A stretch of 64,000 nucleotides of DNA from Candidatus Spongiisociaceae bacterium (GTDB taxonomy: Bacteria; Actinomycetota; Acidimicrobiia; Spongiisociales; Spongiisociaceae), in NCBI GenBank assembly GCA_965219685.1, contig CBDCOH010000002.1:800001-864000 (forward strand). The letters are read 5' to 3'. Below the pieces are notes generated by a model. It did not search any database and was not told where the DNA came from. It worked only from the letters and a program-made list of their open reading frames with translations. The position numbers and the translations under genes were made by a program. Of the stretch, positions 28,224 to 37,658 are shown piece by piece. Position 1 is the first letter of the stretch, and the number at the start of each line of letters is the position of its first letter.

Positions 28224-29969
28224 GGCGGCGTCGATGGCGAACAGGTCGCCTGCGCCTGCCTTGACGGCCGGGAGCAGACCGGTGGCCGTGGGCAGCACCT
28301 GCTCGAGGTAGAAACGGGTGGTGACCTGCTTGCGGCGGTGTCCCGTCCGGACCGCGGCCAGTGCCGCCTCGGCCATCATGGCCCCTCCTGCCACGATCCC
28401 GAACATGGTGCAGTAGGGGGTGGCCCCGGCCAGTTGCTGGTTGGGATCACCGGCCTTCGACAGCAGGTGGTCGGTTGCTTCGGCCAGCGCGTCGAGCGCC
28501 GCGGAGAGCGAACGGGCGGTTCGGTCCCATCCGAGTTCGTGAAGGCCGGCGACCGGGGCGCGCAGGGAGTGGATGTAACGGTGGACGAACCTGCCGCCGT
28601 CGATGGGTAGCTTGCGCATCACGAGGTCGATCGACTGGATGCCGTTGGTTCCCTCGTAGATGGGTGTGATGCGGGCATCCCGCCAGTGCTGGGCGGCGCC
28701 GGTCTCCTCGATGTAGCCCATTCCTCCGTGGATCTGGATGCCCAGCGACGCCATCTCCACCCCCAGGTCTGTGCACCATGTCTTGACCACCGGGGTGAGC
28801 AGAGCGAGGCAATCGGCGTGCCATCCGCGTTCTGCGTCCGTTCGGGCGTGTTCGGCCAGATCCTGGTGCATGGCGGCCCGGTAGAGGAGGGCACGCATCG
28901 CTTCGGTGTTGGACCGCATGGTCATCAGCATCCGCCGCACGTCCGGATGGTCGATGATCGGCGAAGTCTCCGAGGCGCCCACCGCCCGTCCCTGGCGTCG
29001 CTCCCGGGCGAAGGCAGCCGCCTGCTGGTAGGCCCTCTCGGCCACCGCCATTCCCTGGATCGCGACCGAGATGCGGGCGGTGTTCATCATCGTGAACATG
29101 TTGCGCATGCCCTTGTTGACGGTCCCGAGCAGGAAACCGACCGCGCCGCCCGCAGCGTCGCCATAGGCCATCACGCAAGTGGGCGCGGCGTGGATGCCGA
29201 CCTTGTGCTCGAGCGAAACGACCTTGAGGTCGTTCGGCTCTCCCGGCTCTCCGCTCGCATCGGGAAGGAACTTCGGCACGATGAACATCGATATTCCCCT
29301 GGTTCCCGGAGGGGATCCCGGAACCCGGGCCAGTACCAGGTGGACGACGTTGGAGGCCATGTCATGGTCGCCGTAGGTGATGAAGATCTTGTTGCCGGTC
29401 AACCGGTAGGTCCCGTCGTCGGCGGGGATGGCCCGCATGGTGAGGGCCCCGACATCGGATCCGGCCTGGGGCTCGGTGAGGTTCATGGCCGCTGACCACT
29501 CGCCGGTGATCAGCTTGGGCAGGTAGCGGTCCTGCTGGTCCTTGGTGCCGTGGGCTGCGAGAGCGGTGACGGCTCCGGCGGTCAGCAGAGGGCAATTGCT
29601 GAAGGCCAGGTTGGCCGCGGTGAACATCTCCTCGAACGCCACCCCGACGACCCGGGGCATCTGATGGCCTCCCCATTCGGCGGGAGCGTCGATCCCTCCC
29701 CACCCGGCGTTCACGAAGGTCTTGTAAGCCTCCTTGAACCCGGACGGCGTCCGTACCTCGCCTTCCACCAGCGAGGAACCCTCGATGTCACCAGACCGGT
29801 TGAGAGGAGCGACCAAGTCCTGTACGAACCGGGCGCCTTCATCGAGCACCGCCGACACGAGATCAGCTTCGGCGTGGCGGAATTCCTCCAGAGAGGTGAG
29901 GTCGCCAAGCCCTCCGATGTGATCGAGCGCGAAGCGGATGTCGTCGAGCGGCGCGGCGTAGCCGGACAT
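28215..29969 (-). CDS. Acyl-CoA dehydrogenase (DmdC-like long subfamily)
   Basis: MNLTEPQAGSD, GNKIFIT, MFTMMNTAR, IYEGTNGIQ. Confidence 0.92.
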   Translation of the reverse strand: MSGYAAPLDDIRFALDHIGGLGDLTSLEEFRHAEADLVSAVLDEGARFVQDLVAPLNRSGDIEGSSLVEGEVRTPSGFKEAYKTFVNAGWGGIDAPAEWGGHQMPRVVGVAFEEMFTAANLAFSNCPLLTAGAVTALAAHGTKDQQDRYLPKLITGEWSAAMNLTEPQAGSDVGALTMRAIPADDGTYRLTGNKIFITYGDHDMASNVVHLVLARVPGSPPGTRGISMFIVPKFLPDASGEPGEPNDLKVVSLEHKVGIHAAPTCVMAYGDAAGGAVGFLLGTVNKGMRNMFTMMNTARISVAIQGMAVAERAYQQAAAFARERRQGRAVGASETSPIIDHPDVRRMLMTMRSNTEAMRALLYRAAMHQDLAEHARTDAERGWHADCLALLTPVVKTWCTDLGVEMASLGIQIHGGMGYIEETGAAQHWRDARITPIYEGTNGIQSIDLVMRKLPIDGGRFVHRYIHSLRAPVAGLHELGWDRTARSLSAALDALAEATDHLLSKAGDPNQQLAGATPYCTMFGIVAGGAMMAEAALAAVRTGHRRKQVTTRFYLEQVLPTATGLLPAVKAGAGDLFAIDAASL

Positions 29970-29981
29970 ACCGTGATGATA

Positions 29982-30066
29982 GGTCAGCGGTCAGCGGTCA
30001 GCGGTCAGCCGACCGCGAGCTTCCACTCACCATTCACCATTCACCATTCACCATTCACCATTCACC
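29982..30066. repeat. Heptamer arrays (GGTCAGC)x4 and (TTCACCA)x~6
   Basis: Direct reading; the second array supplies the metB stop codon. Confidence 0.9.
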
Positions 30067-31215
30067 GAGTTGATCGAGGCCCTGTGCCAGGTCGTCGATC
30101 AGGTCCTCGGCGTCCTCCATTCCCACGGAGATACGCACCAGGCCGTCGGTGATGCCGACCCGTAGGCGCTCTTGGGGCTCGACGTCGGCGTGGGTCATCG
30201 TGACCGGGTGGGTGACGAGGGACTCCACCGACCCGAGGTTCTCGGCCAGGGTCCACACGCGGAGGGACTGCATCAGCCTCTTCCCGGCCTCGACCCCGCC
30301 CTCCACCTCGAACCAGGCCATGGCGCCGAAACCGGAGGCCTGCTTGACGGCGAGATCGTGTTGCGGGAATGATGCGAGTCCGGGGTAGGTCACAGAGATC
30401 ACGCGGGGGTGAGCCTCGAGGAACTCCGCCACCGCCAGGGCGTTGGCGGACTGGCGCTCCATCCGCTCGCTCAGGGTCTTGCTGCCCTGGAGCGTCAGCC
30501 ACGCCACCAGGGGCGACATGATCAGCCCGGCCGCGTTCTGGACGAACGCGATCTCTTCCGACTGCTTCTCGTCGCGGCACACCACCGCGCCGCCCACCGT
30601 GGCGTTGTGCCCGTCGAAGTACTTGGTGGTGGAATGCACCACCAGATCGGCGCCGAGTTCCAGGGGACGCTGGAAGTAGGGGGTGAGGAAGGTGTTGTCC
30701 ACCGCGTGCGGTATGCCGCGGGAGGAGGCGATCTCGGACACACCGGCGATGTCGGTGTACTTGAGGGTCGGGTTGGCCGGGGTCTCGGTGAAGATAAGCC
30801 GGGTGCGCTCGTTGACGGAAGCGACTACCTCGTCGAGGTCGGAGGTGTCGGCGAAGGTGAAGTCCACGCCGAATCGGGAGAACACCTTGGTGGCCAGGCG
30901 GTAGGTTCCGCCGTAGGCGACATCGCTGATCAACGCGTGATCCCCGGCGTTCAGCAGGGCCATGAACACCCCGTTGGTGGCGGCCATGCCGGTGGCGAAC
31001 GCCCAGGCCGAAACACCGCCTTCGAGAATGGCCAGACGTTCCTGCAATGCCGAGACCGTGGGGTTGGCCGACCGCGAGTACGAGTAGCCCTTGGCCATGT
31101 ACTCCTCCACGGACGGCTGAGCGAAGGTGGTCGACTGATGGATCGGGGTGAGGATGGCGCCGGTTGTGGGGTCAGGGGAGACGCCCGCGTGTATCTGGTC
31201 GGTCCTGAAGCCCAT
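30055..31215 (-). CDS. metB: Cystathionine gamma-synthase/lyase family PLP enzyme
   Basis: PIHQSTTF, YSRSANPT, ETPANP, DNTF, HSTTKY, AENLGSVESL. Confidence 0.85.
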   Translation of the reverse strand: MGFRTDQIHAGVSPDPTTGAILTPIHQSTTFAQPSVEEYMAKGYSYSRSANPTVSALQERLAILEGGVSAWAFATGMAATNGVFMALLNAGDHALISDVAYGGTYRLATKVFSRFGVDFTFADTSDLDEVVASVNERTRLIFTETPANPTLKYTDIAGVSEIASSRGIPHAVDNTFLTPYFQRPLELGADLVVHSTTKYFDGHNATVGGAVVCRDEKQSEEIAFVQNAAGLIMSPLVAWLTLQGSKTLSERMERQSANALAVAEFLEAHPRVISVTYPGLASFPQHDLAVKQASGFGAMAWFEVEGGVEAGKRLMQSLRVWTLAENLGSVESLVTHPVTMTHADVEPQERLRVGITDGLVRISVGMEDAEDLIDDLAQGLDQLGEW

Positions 31216-31288
31216 AAACCTCCGATTCGTGCGGCGTCAGGTTACCGCGACCGAGCGGCTACCAAGCCCCTCGGTAGACTGGGCGACC

Positions 31289-32299
31289 GTGGGAGCAGAA
31301 CGCCGGGTGGCGATAACGACCACCGAGATGCACACGGGGGGTGAGCCGGTCCGCATCGTCGAGTCCGGATATCCGCCGATACCGGGCGAGACCATCCTCG
31401 ACAAGCGCCGTTACGTCAGGGAGAACCTGGACCACCTCCGAAAAGTCCTGATGCACGAGCCGCGCGGCCACTTCGACATGTACGGGGTGATCCCGGTGGA
31501 ACCCGACCTTCCGGAGGCTGATCTGGCCGTGCTGTTCATGCACAACGAGGGCTACTCGACCATGTGCGGTCACGCCACCATCGCCTTGGGTCGCTACGCC
31601 GTCGACCGCGGCCTGGTTCCCAAGGTCGAGCCCGAGACCAGGGTTGTCATCCAGTGCCCCTGCGGGCCCGTTGTCGCGTTGGTGGAGGTGACGGACGGTG
31701 AGGCAGGAAGGGTCCGGTTCCGGAGCGTGGAATCCTTCGCCCCTGCCCTTGACTACAAAGTGCAGGTTGAAGGTTATGGTTCCATCCGCTATGACATCGG
31801 GTACGGAGGTACTTTCTACGCGGTGGCGGACGCATCGGAATTCGGTCTCGACGTGCGCGCGTCTCCGGCCCGAGAACTCGTAGCCGCGGCCACAGCCCTG
31901 ACCGAGGCCGTCCGGCGTGTGCTGGTCCTGACCCATCCGGACCACGAGGACCTGGCGGATCTGTACGGCTCGATCCTGACCGACGGGGTGGAGGAGGCCG
32001 GGACGTCGGCCAACATCTGCGTCTTTGCCGACGCGCAAGTGGATCGCAGCCCTACCGGATCCGGCGTCACCGCCCGCATGGCCCTCCGATACGCTCGCAA
32101 GCAGGTGACGATCGGAGAGGAGCGCACCTTCGAAAGCGTGGTGGGCTCGACCATGACCGGTGTGGTGGTGGCCGAGAAGGCCATGGGCGCGCTACCGGCG
32201 GTGGTCGTCGAGGTGGCCGCGATGGCCTACTACACCGGAACCGCGTCGTTCGTGGTGGAACCGGACGACCCGTTCAGAACCGGCTTCCTGGTTCGCTGA
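31289..32299 (+). CDS. Proline racemase family, probable trans-3-hydroxy-L-proline dehydratase
   Basis: HTGGEP, MCGH, DRSPTGSG (Cys/Thr catalytic pair). Confidence 0.88.
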   Translation: MGAERRVAITTTEMHTGGEPVRIVESGYPPIPGETILDKRRYVRENLDHLRKVLMHEPRGHFDMYGVIPVEPDLPEADLAVLFMHNEGYSTMCGHATIALGRYAVDRGLVPKVEPETRVVIQCPCGPVVALVEVTDGEAGRVRFRSVESFAPALDYKVQVEGYGSIRYDIGYGGTFYAVADASEFGLDVRASPARELVAAATALTEAVRRVLVLTHPDHEDLADLYGSILTDGVEEAGTSANICVFADAQVDRSPTGSGVTARMALRYARKQVTIGEERTFESVVGSTMTGVVVAEKAMGALPAVVVEVAAMAYYTGTASFVVEPDDPFRTGFLVR

Positions 32300-32358
32300 C
32301 ACCTCGCCGAGGGACCGGGCGACCAGACGGTTGGCGGCGACCAACGGCCGGGACCGGG

Positions 32359-32613
32359 ATCACCACCGCGGGAACAGGTGCTTGGGCTTCTTGTAGTTGA
32401 ACGATCTGGGGTCGACCTTGTGACCCTCGGATTCCACACGGTGGGCACGCTTGCTTCGTCTTGGCCTTCGCCTTGTGAGCGCCGCTAGCCACGAATAGTC
32501 GGAACTCCGGCATGGTGTCCGAGGTAGTAAGCGTCCAACTGCGCATCCAGCGACTCCACCATCTCGGCATCGTTCTTGGGGAAGAACATCGATCGAAGAT
32601 TTCGCAAGACCAT
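32359..32613 (-). pseudogene. Small ORF or frameshifted gene remnant
   Basis: Protein-like segments in three successive frames: MVLRNL..DAYYL / DTMPEFRLF..KAKTKQ / RVESEGHKVDP..LFPRW*. Confidence 0.3.
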
Positions 32614-32644
32614 CTATGCCACCGGTGTTGGTGCTTTGCTGTGA

Positions 32645-33127
32645 CTATAGGAGTTCCTGTGCGGTTCTGCGGATGAGTTCGGCTTCCAAGTGGACCTGCA
32701 TGGGCCGGCCCACAGCCGCCATCCAGAGCCGGTAGCGAATGGTGTCGCCCTCCACGTCGAGCTCTCTTCTCGCCTGCGAGACCTCGACGGCGGTCCCCGA
32801 GAGCCCCACGAGGCTGGTCCGGAACTCGACCCGGTTGTCCCCAACCTCCCCGGCGTGAACCTCCACAATTCCTGTGGGCTGGGCGATCACCAACTCGGCC
32901 TTGCCTGGTCCTGCGGGCCGGATATAGCCGGCTTCGGAATGAAGCGGCTCGCCCTCGCCCCCGGCCCGGCGGGTGCGCTGGGTGTAGGCGAGGAACGGCT
33001 TGCCGGGACCGGGGGTGTAGGTGGCCTCCTCGAAGTACTCGAAGGGTTCGATGGTGGGGTAGCGCCCACTGCCTCGGCCCCTCCACGTACCGATCAGGAA
33101 CGCCAGAGGGGCCAGGTCGGGATGCAT
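32645..33127 (-). CDS. Nitrobindin/FABP-like (DUF1794) protein
   Basis: LAFLIGTWRGRGSGRYPTIEPF.Y.E, KPFLAY.Q.T, PLHSE.GY. Confidence 0.9.
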   Translation of the reverse strand: MHPDLAPLAFLIGTWRGRGSGRYPTIEPFEYFEEATYTPGPGKPFLAYTQRTRRAGGEGEPLHSEAGYIRPAGPGKAELVIAQPTGIVEVHAGEVGDNRVEFRTSLVGLSGTAVEVSQARRELDVEGDTIRYRLWMAAVGRPMQVHLEAELIRRTAQELL

Positions 33128-33138
33128 CCGGTCCGCTA

Positions 33139-33780
33139 CTAGGCCGGGACCTCGCACGACACCCCGGTGCCGCGCAGCCCGCAGTAGCCGTACGGGTTCT
33201 TGCCCAGGTACTGCTGGTGGTAGTCCTCGGCGTAGTAGAACTCGGGCGCCTCCCGGATCTCGGTGGTCACCGGGCCCTTGCCGACCGCGGCCAAACCCCT
33301 CTCGTAGGAAACCTTGCTCGACTCGGCCAGCTTCCGCTGGGTCTCGGTGGTCCAGTAGATGGCCGAGCGGTACTGGGTGCCACGGTCGTTGCCCTGCCGC
33401 ATGCCCTGGGTGGGGTCGTGCTCCTCCCAGAACCTCTTCAGCAGCATCCCGTACGGAACCACGTCCGGGTCATAGACGACCAGGACGGCCTCCGTGTGTC
33501 CCGTGTGTCCGCTGCAGACCTCGCGGTAGGTCGGGTTAGGCGTGAATCCGCCCTGGTACCCGGCCGCGGTGGTGTAGACGCCCGGGATCTGCCAGAAGAT
33601 CCGCTCCACCCCCCAGAAGCAGCCCATACCGAAGTAGGCAACCTCCATGTTCTCGGGGAACGGGGGAGTGATGGGCCTGCCATGGACGAAATGGGGCTCC
33701 GGGTCGAGGACGGCGGTAGCCCTGCCGGGCAGCGCGCTCTCCTCGGACGGAAGCATGTTCTTGGTAGTGCGTCCAAACAT
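33139..33780 (-). CDS. msrA: Peptide-methionine (S)-S-oxide reductase
   Basis: [32 protein letters not shown]. Confidence 0.97.
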   Translation of the reverse strand: MFGRTTKNMLPSEESALPGRATAVLDPEPHFVHGRPITPPFPENMEVAYFGMGCFWGVERIFWQIPGVYTTAAGYQGGFTPNPTYREVCSGHTGHTEAVLVVYDPDVVPYGMLLKRFWEEHDPTQGMRQGNDRGTQYRSAIYWTTETQRKLAESSKVSYERGLAAVGKGPVTTEIREAPEFYYAEDYHQQYLGKNPYGYCGLRGTGVSCEVPA

Positions 33781-33908
33781 CTCGTTTCTCTTCTCTCTCA
33801 ACTACCTGGCACAACACTATTACGACGGATCTGTTCCCGGAGTCGGGGTCGTTCCCGGTCCGGGTTAGCCTTGGCCCGTACCGACGACGAAGCGGAGGCA
33901 GTCCCGAG

Positions 33909-34754
33909 ATGCGGGTTGGTGTCAGCATTTTCCTAACCGACAAGTCCATCCAGCCGGTTCGCCTCGGTCGAGAACTCGAGGCGCGGGGGTTCGAGTCGCT
34001 GTGGGTGGCGGAGCACAGCCACATCCCGACCAGCCGTAGGACGCCGTGGGCCAACAGGAAGAACGCGCCTCCGCTTCCCGAGGAGTACTGGAGGACGCAC
34101 GACTGCTTCGTGGCCCTGTCGGCGGTAGCGGCCACCACCGAGCGCCTCAGGCTCGGAACGGGCATCACTCTGGTGGCCCAGCACGATCCGATCTGGCTGG
34201 CGAAGAAGGTCGCTTCACTGGATGTCATCTCCGGTGGACGGTTCGAGTTCGGGATCGGGTACGGGTGGAACCGCGAGGAGATGGCCAGCCACGGGGTCGA
34301 CTACCGGAAGCGCTACCAGTTGGTGGCCGAGAAGATCGGTCTGATGAAGGCGCTCTGGACCCAGGAGCGGGCTTCCTACGAGGGGGAGATGGTCCACTTG
34401 GAGGAGAGTTGGGCCTGGCCCAAGCCGGTTCAGAAGCCCCATCCGCCGATCGTGATGGGGAGCATGGGAGGCCCCAAGGCCTTCGCTGCCATAGCCGAGT
34501 TCTGCGACGCCTGGCTGCCGGTCCGCCCCCGTAACCTGGCTCAGGGGATCGCCACCTTGCACGGCTATCTCGAACGGGCAGGTAGGGACCCGGCCGAGTT
34601 GGAGATCGGGGTCTACATGGCGCCACCCGACCGCGACAAGTGGAAGGAGTGGGAAGCGCTCGGCGTCTCGCGGGTGATGATCGGGTTACCCCATGCCCCC
34701 GCGGAGGTCATCGTGCCCCTCCTGGACGAGTACCAACCCTTGATCGACGCCTAA
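33909..34754 (+). CDS. LLM-class F420-dependent oxidoreductase
   Basis: GFESLWVAEHSHIP, LGTGI, GYGWNREE, PKPVQKPHPP. Confidence 0.9.
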   Translation: MRVGVSIFLTDKSIQPVRLGRELEARGFESLWVAEHSHIPTSRRTPWANRKNAPPLPEEYWRTHDCFVALSAVAATTERLRLGTGITLVAQHDPIWLAKKVASLDVISGGRFEFGIGYGWNREEMASHGVDYRKRYQLVAEKIGLMKALWTQERASYEGEMVHLEESWAWPKPVQKPHPPIVMGSMGGPKAFAAIAEFCDAWLPVRPRNLAQGIATLHGYLERAGRDPAELEIGVYMAPPDRDKWKEWEALGVSRVMIGLPHAPAEVIVPLLDEYQPLIDA

Positions 34755-34793
34755 GCGGGCTGTCCGGACAGGGGGCGCGAGGCTGTCCGCGGG

Positions 34794-35948
34794 ATGAGCG
34801 CAGGGCGGTTGATCCTCATAGGATCCGGGGAGATGGCCGCCCGTCTGGTAGCAGCTCACCGCCGGGGGATCGAGGCTTCCGGCGCCCGCGAGGTGGTGGT
34901 CCTCGACACACCATACGGATTCCAGGAGAACGCCCCCCTGCTCTCCGAGAAACTGACCCGCTTCTTCCGCACCAGCCTGTCGGTCGAGTCGTCCGTGGCC
35001 TCTTACCGATCCGTTCGAGATGGAGACGTGAGGTGCGAGAGGATGCTGGCGGCGGTCCGCCGGGCCCGTTACGTGTTCGCCGGGCCGGGATCGCCCAGCT
35101 ACGCCCTGGGGGTGTGGAGGGAGACCGGGCTGGCAGGCGTGCTACGAGAGATCCTCGCGGGAGGCGCCACCGTAACACTGGCTTCGGCGGCCGCCCTCAC
35201 CGCCGGCGTCAAGACCCTGCCGGTCTACGAGATATACAAGTCCGGCGCCGATCCGGGCTGGTTGGACGGGATGGATCTCACCTCCCACTTCGGTATCGAG
35301 GCCGTAGTCATTCCTCATTGGAACAATGCAGAAGGCCAAGGGTTCGATACCTCGCGTTGTTACATGGGCCGGCGCCGGTTGCGTGCGCTCCGTTCCATGC
35401 TTCCCGCAGGGCTGGGAATCATCGGGGTGGACGAGCACACCGCGGCGGTGATCGACTTCGGTAGGGAGGAATTGAGTGTGATGGGAGTCGGGGGCGTCAC
35501 GCTCAGTGGCGCGCTGGACACGTTCCTGGAAGCGGGAACGAGGATGGGGTTGAAGCAGGTCGTAGAGCTGTTGGGGACCAGTCCCGCCCTGCCCTCCGCC
35601 GGCCGGTCCGGCAGCCTTCCCGACTTTGCCGGAGCCTTGGCTGAGCGATCCGTGGAGTCGATCGCCGGAGTTCTACTCTCCGTCGAGACCGACGCGGCTG
35701 GGGGATCGCCCGAAGCTCGAGAGGCTCTGAGAACGATGATCCTGGAGGTCTCGGAGTTGGCGGCCTCCGGGCTCGTGACTCCTGCGGAGTGGGTGGGGGA
35801 CTACGTGCAGTTACTCATCGACATGAGAGCCGGGTTGCGTGAGAGACGGCTCTGGGAGGAAGCCGACCGGGTCCGCGACGGCTTGGCGTCGCTGGGGGTC
35901 GCGCTGCGTGACACGCGATCGGGAACCACCTGGCACATGGAGGCATGA
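34794..35948 (+). CDS. Peptidase S51/cyanophycinase-like domain fused to a CysRS-like C-terminal domain
   Basis: LIGSGE, FAGPGSP, ASAAA, IPHWNN, GVDEHTA; C-terminus R..R.WEEADRVRDGL..LGV.LRD..SGTTW. Confidence 0.75.
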   Translation: MSAGRLILIGSGEMAARLVAAHRRGIEASGAREVVVLDTPYGFQENAPLLSEKLTRFFRTSLSVESSVASYRSVRDGDVRCERMLAAVRRARYVFAGPGSPSYALGVWRETGLAGVLREILAGGATVTLASAAALTAGVKTLPVYEIYKSGADPGWLDGMDLTSHFGIEAVVIPHWNNAEGQGFDTSRCYMGRRRLRALRSMLPAGLGIIGVDEHTAAVIDFGREELSVMGVGGVTLSGALDTFLEAGTRMGLKQVVELLGTSPALPSAGRSGSLPDFAGALAERSVESIAGVLLSVETDAAGGSPEAREALRTMILEVSELAASGLVTPAEWVGDYVQLLIDMRAGLRERRLWEEADRVRDGLASLGVALRDTRSGTTWHMEA

Positions 35949-36033
35949 GAACCGTCCGCTTCGGGTAGCGGTGGTCTGCGGCGGGCTCCGGCCGGGTACT
36001 ATTGGAAGCCGCCGCTGCACAGCGAGGAACCCT

Positions 36034-36309
36034 ATGGGCTACCAGGGCTACGTCCGCGTCAGGGACGCGAACGAGAACATTCTCGATGTGGCCGAGGCCA
36101 CACTCGGTGACATCGATCATCCCGGCCACCGCTGGGGAGGGACGCTGGTCGTCTGGACAGGCGGTGCTCTCGACGGCAAGACGATGCCGGTCGACCTCGA
36201 GGTCCCGGGTTCCTTCCGGGCCTCGGCCCTCCTCGTTCCCGGTCCTGTGGAGGGCCGTCGGCGCCGGATGGCCGTCCTGGGAACCGGGGCGTCACCCTTC
36301 GAGGGCTGA
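36034..36309 (+). CDS. Small hypothetical protein (DUF4873-like)
   Basis: MGYQG...WGG...GTGASPF; RBS gagga. Confidence 0.55.
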   Translation: MGYQGYVRVRDANENILDVAEATLGDIDHPGHRWGGTLVVWTGGALDGKTMPVDLEVPGSFRASALLVPGPVEGRRRRMAVLGTGASPFEG

Positions 36310-36317
36310 CAACCGGT

Positions 36318-36818
36318 TCAGGGCAGGTTCCACGCCGCGGTGCCGTCACTGGAGGCGGCCGCCGCTAGGGATCGGGCCGAGTGCATCACGGTCCCCACCA
36401 CGGCCAGTACCAGAGCGGCGTCGATGACGATCGTCGGTACCAGGGAGAGAGGCTCGATCAGGGACGGAACCGTGGTGGCAGCCAGGTAGAGAATGGCGAA
36501 CGTCGACCACGTCATCAGGCCCGACACGATGAAGAAGGCCACCTTCGGGGCGCCGCCCGAGTTGCCCATGCCTCGATAGATCATGGGTGCGAGCACCATC
36601 ATCAGGCCCAGCCCGAGCAGCGTGAAGTCTCGGGCGAGGCCGAAGAGCGTCAACACAAGGGCCAGCACCACCGCGATGGTCGACGACCAGCTCACAGACC
36701 ACGTCCAGCGCATCGGGCCGACGGTCCCTGTCCAGCCCCCTTCGGAGTCGCGTACGGCTGCATAGGTGACTAAGAGAGCCACCAGGCCGCTGATGGTGAC
36801 TATGGAGTTGCTGTCCAT
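36318..36818 (-). CDS. Hypothetical membrane protein
   Basis: About 5 hydrophobic helices; RBS ggag. Confidence 0.7.
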   Translation of the reverse strand: MDSNSIVTISGLVALLVTYAAVRDSEGGWTGTVGPMRWTWSVSWSSTIAVVLALVLTLFGLARDFTLLGLGLMMVLAPMIYRGMGNSGGAPKVAFFIVSGLMTWSTFAILYLAATTVPSLIEPLSLVPTIVIDAALVLAVVGTVMHSARSLAAAASSDGTAAWNLP

Positions 36819-36968
36819 TTGCTCGCTCCCTGCCTAGGTTTCGCTTGCTCGGTATGGCCGGAACGGCAGCGGGTCGCTCCGTCCCCCTCTTTCAGACAAG
36901 ACGGGACCACCAGGAGTTACCTGATCGAGCGGTTTCAGCCGCCCGCAGCTGCAGATATATTCACTTGC

Positions 36969-37610
36969 ATGGAGACCGACTCCCGCTCCGTCGAGCAGCG
37001 CGTCAAGTGGGTCTACGCGGCGGCTTCGGCAGGGGAGAGCCGCGACCGCTACGACGAGTGGGCGCCGGACTACGAACGCGACCTTCTTGAGACCTACGGC
37101 TACCGGCTCCCGGACACGATCACCGACCACTTCACCCGCTGGGTCAAGCCGCCGGCCCGGATTCTCGATGCCGGAGTCGGGACGGGTCTGGTGGGGATCC
37201 GCCTGACGGATCGGGGCTTCACCGACCTGGTAGGCCTGGACAACTCACCCGCCATGCTGAGAGAGTCGGCCCGCAAAGGGCTCTACCGGGAGCTCCACCG
37301 GATGACGCTGGGCGAACCGTTGGGGTTTGAATCCGCCCGGTTCGACGGGGTCATCTCCGCCGGAACCTTCACCGAGGGTCACGCTCCGGCCTCCGGCCTG
37401 CGCGAGTTGGCCAGGATCACCCGCCCGGGCGGGCACGTGGTGGTGGGAATCCGCCCGGACATCATCGACTCGCACGGGTTCCGTGCCGTCATCGACGAGC
37501 TCGTGGCAGACCGGGCATGGGAGGTGCTGGAACGTACCGAACCCTATGTGGCAATGGAGAAGGTGGAATCGCACGTCCTGGTCGAGACCTGGTGCTTCCG
37601 GATCCTCTGA
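36969..37610 (+). CDS. Class I SAM-dependent methyltransferase
   Basis: YDEWA..Y, ILDAGVGTGLVG, GLDNS, GTFTEGH. Confidence 0.9.
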   Translation: METDSRSVEQRVKWVYAAASAGESRDRYDEWAPDYERDLLETYGYRLPDTITDHFTRWVKPPARILDAGVGTGLVGIRLTDRGFTDLVGLDNSPAMLRESARKGLYRELHRMTLGEPLGFESARFDGVISAGTFTEGHAPASGLRELARITRPGGHVVVGIRPDIIDSHGFRAVIDELVADRAWEVLERTEPYVAMEKVESHVLVETWCFRIL

Positions 37611-37658
37611 CCGATCCTTGCTGAACCCCTTCGTCGGTTTCCCCTTGTTGGTACATTC

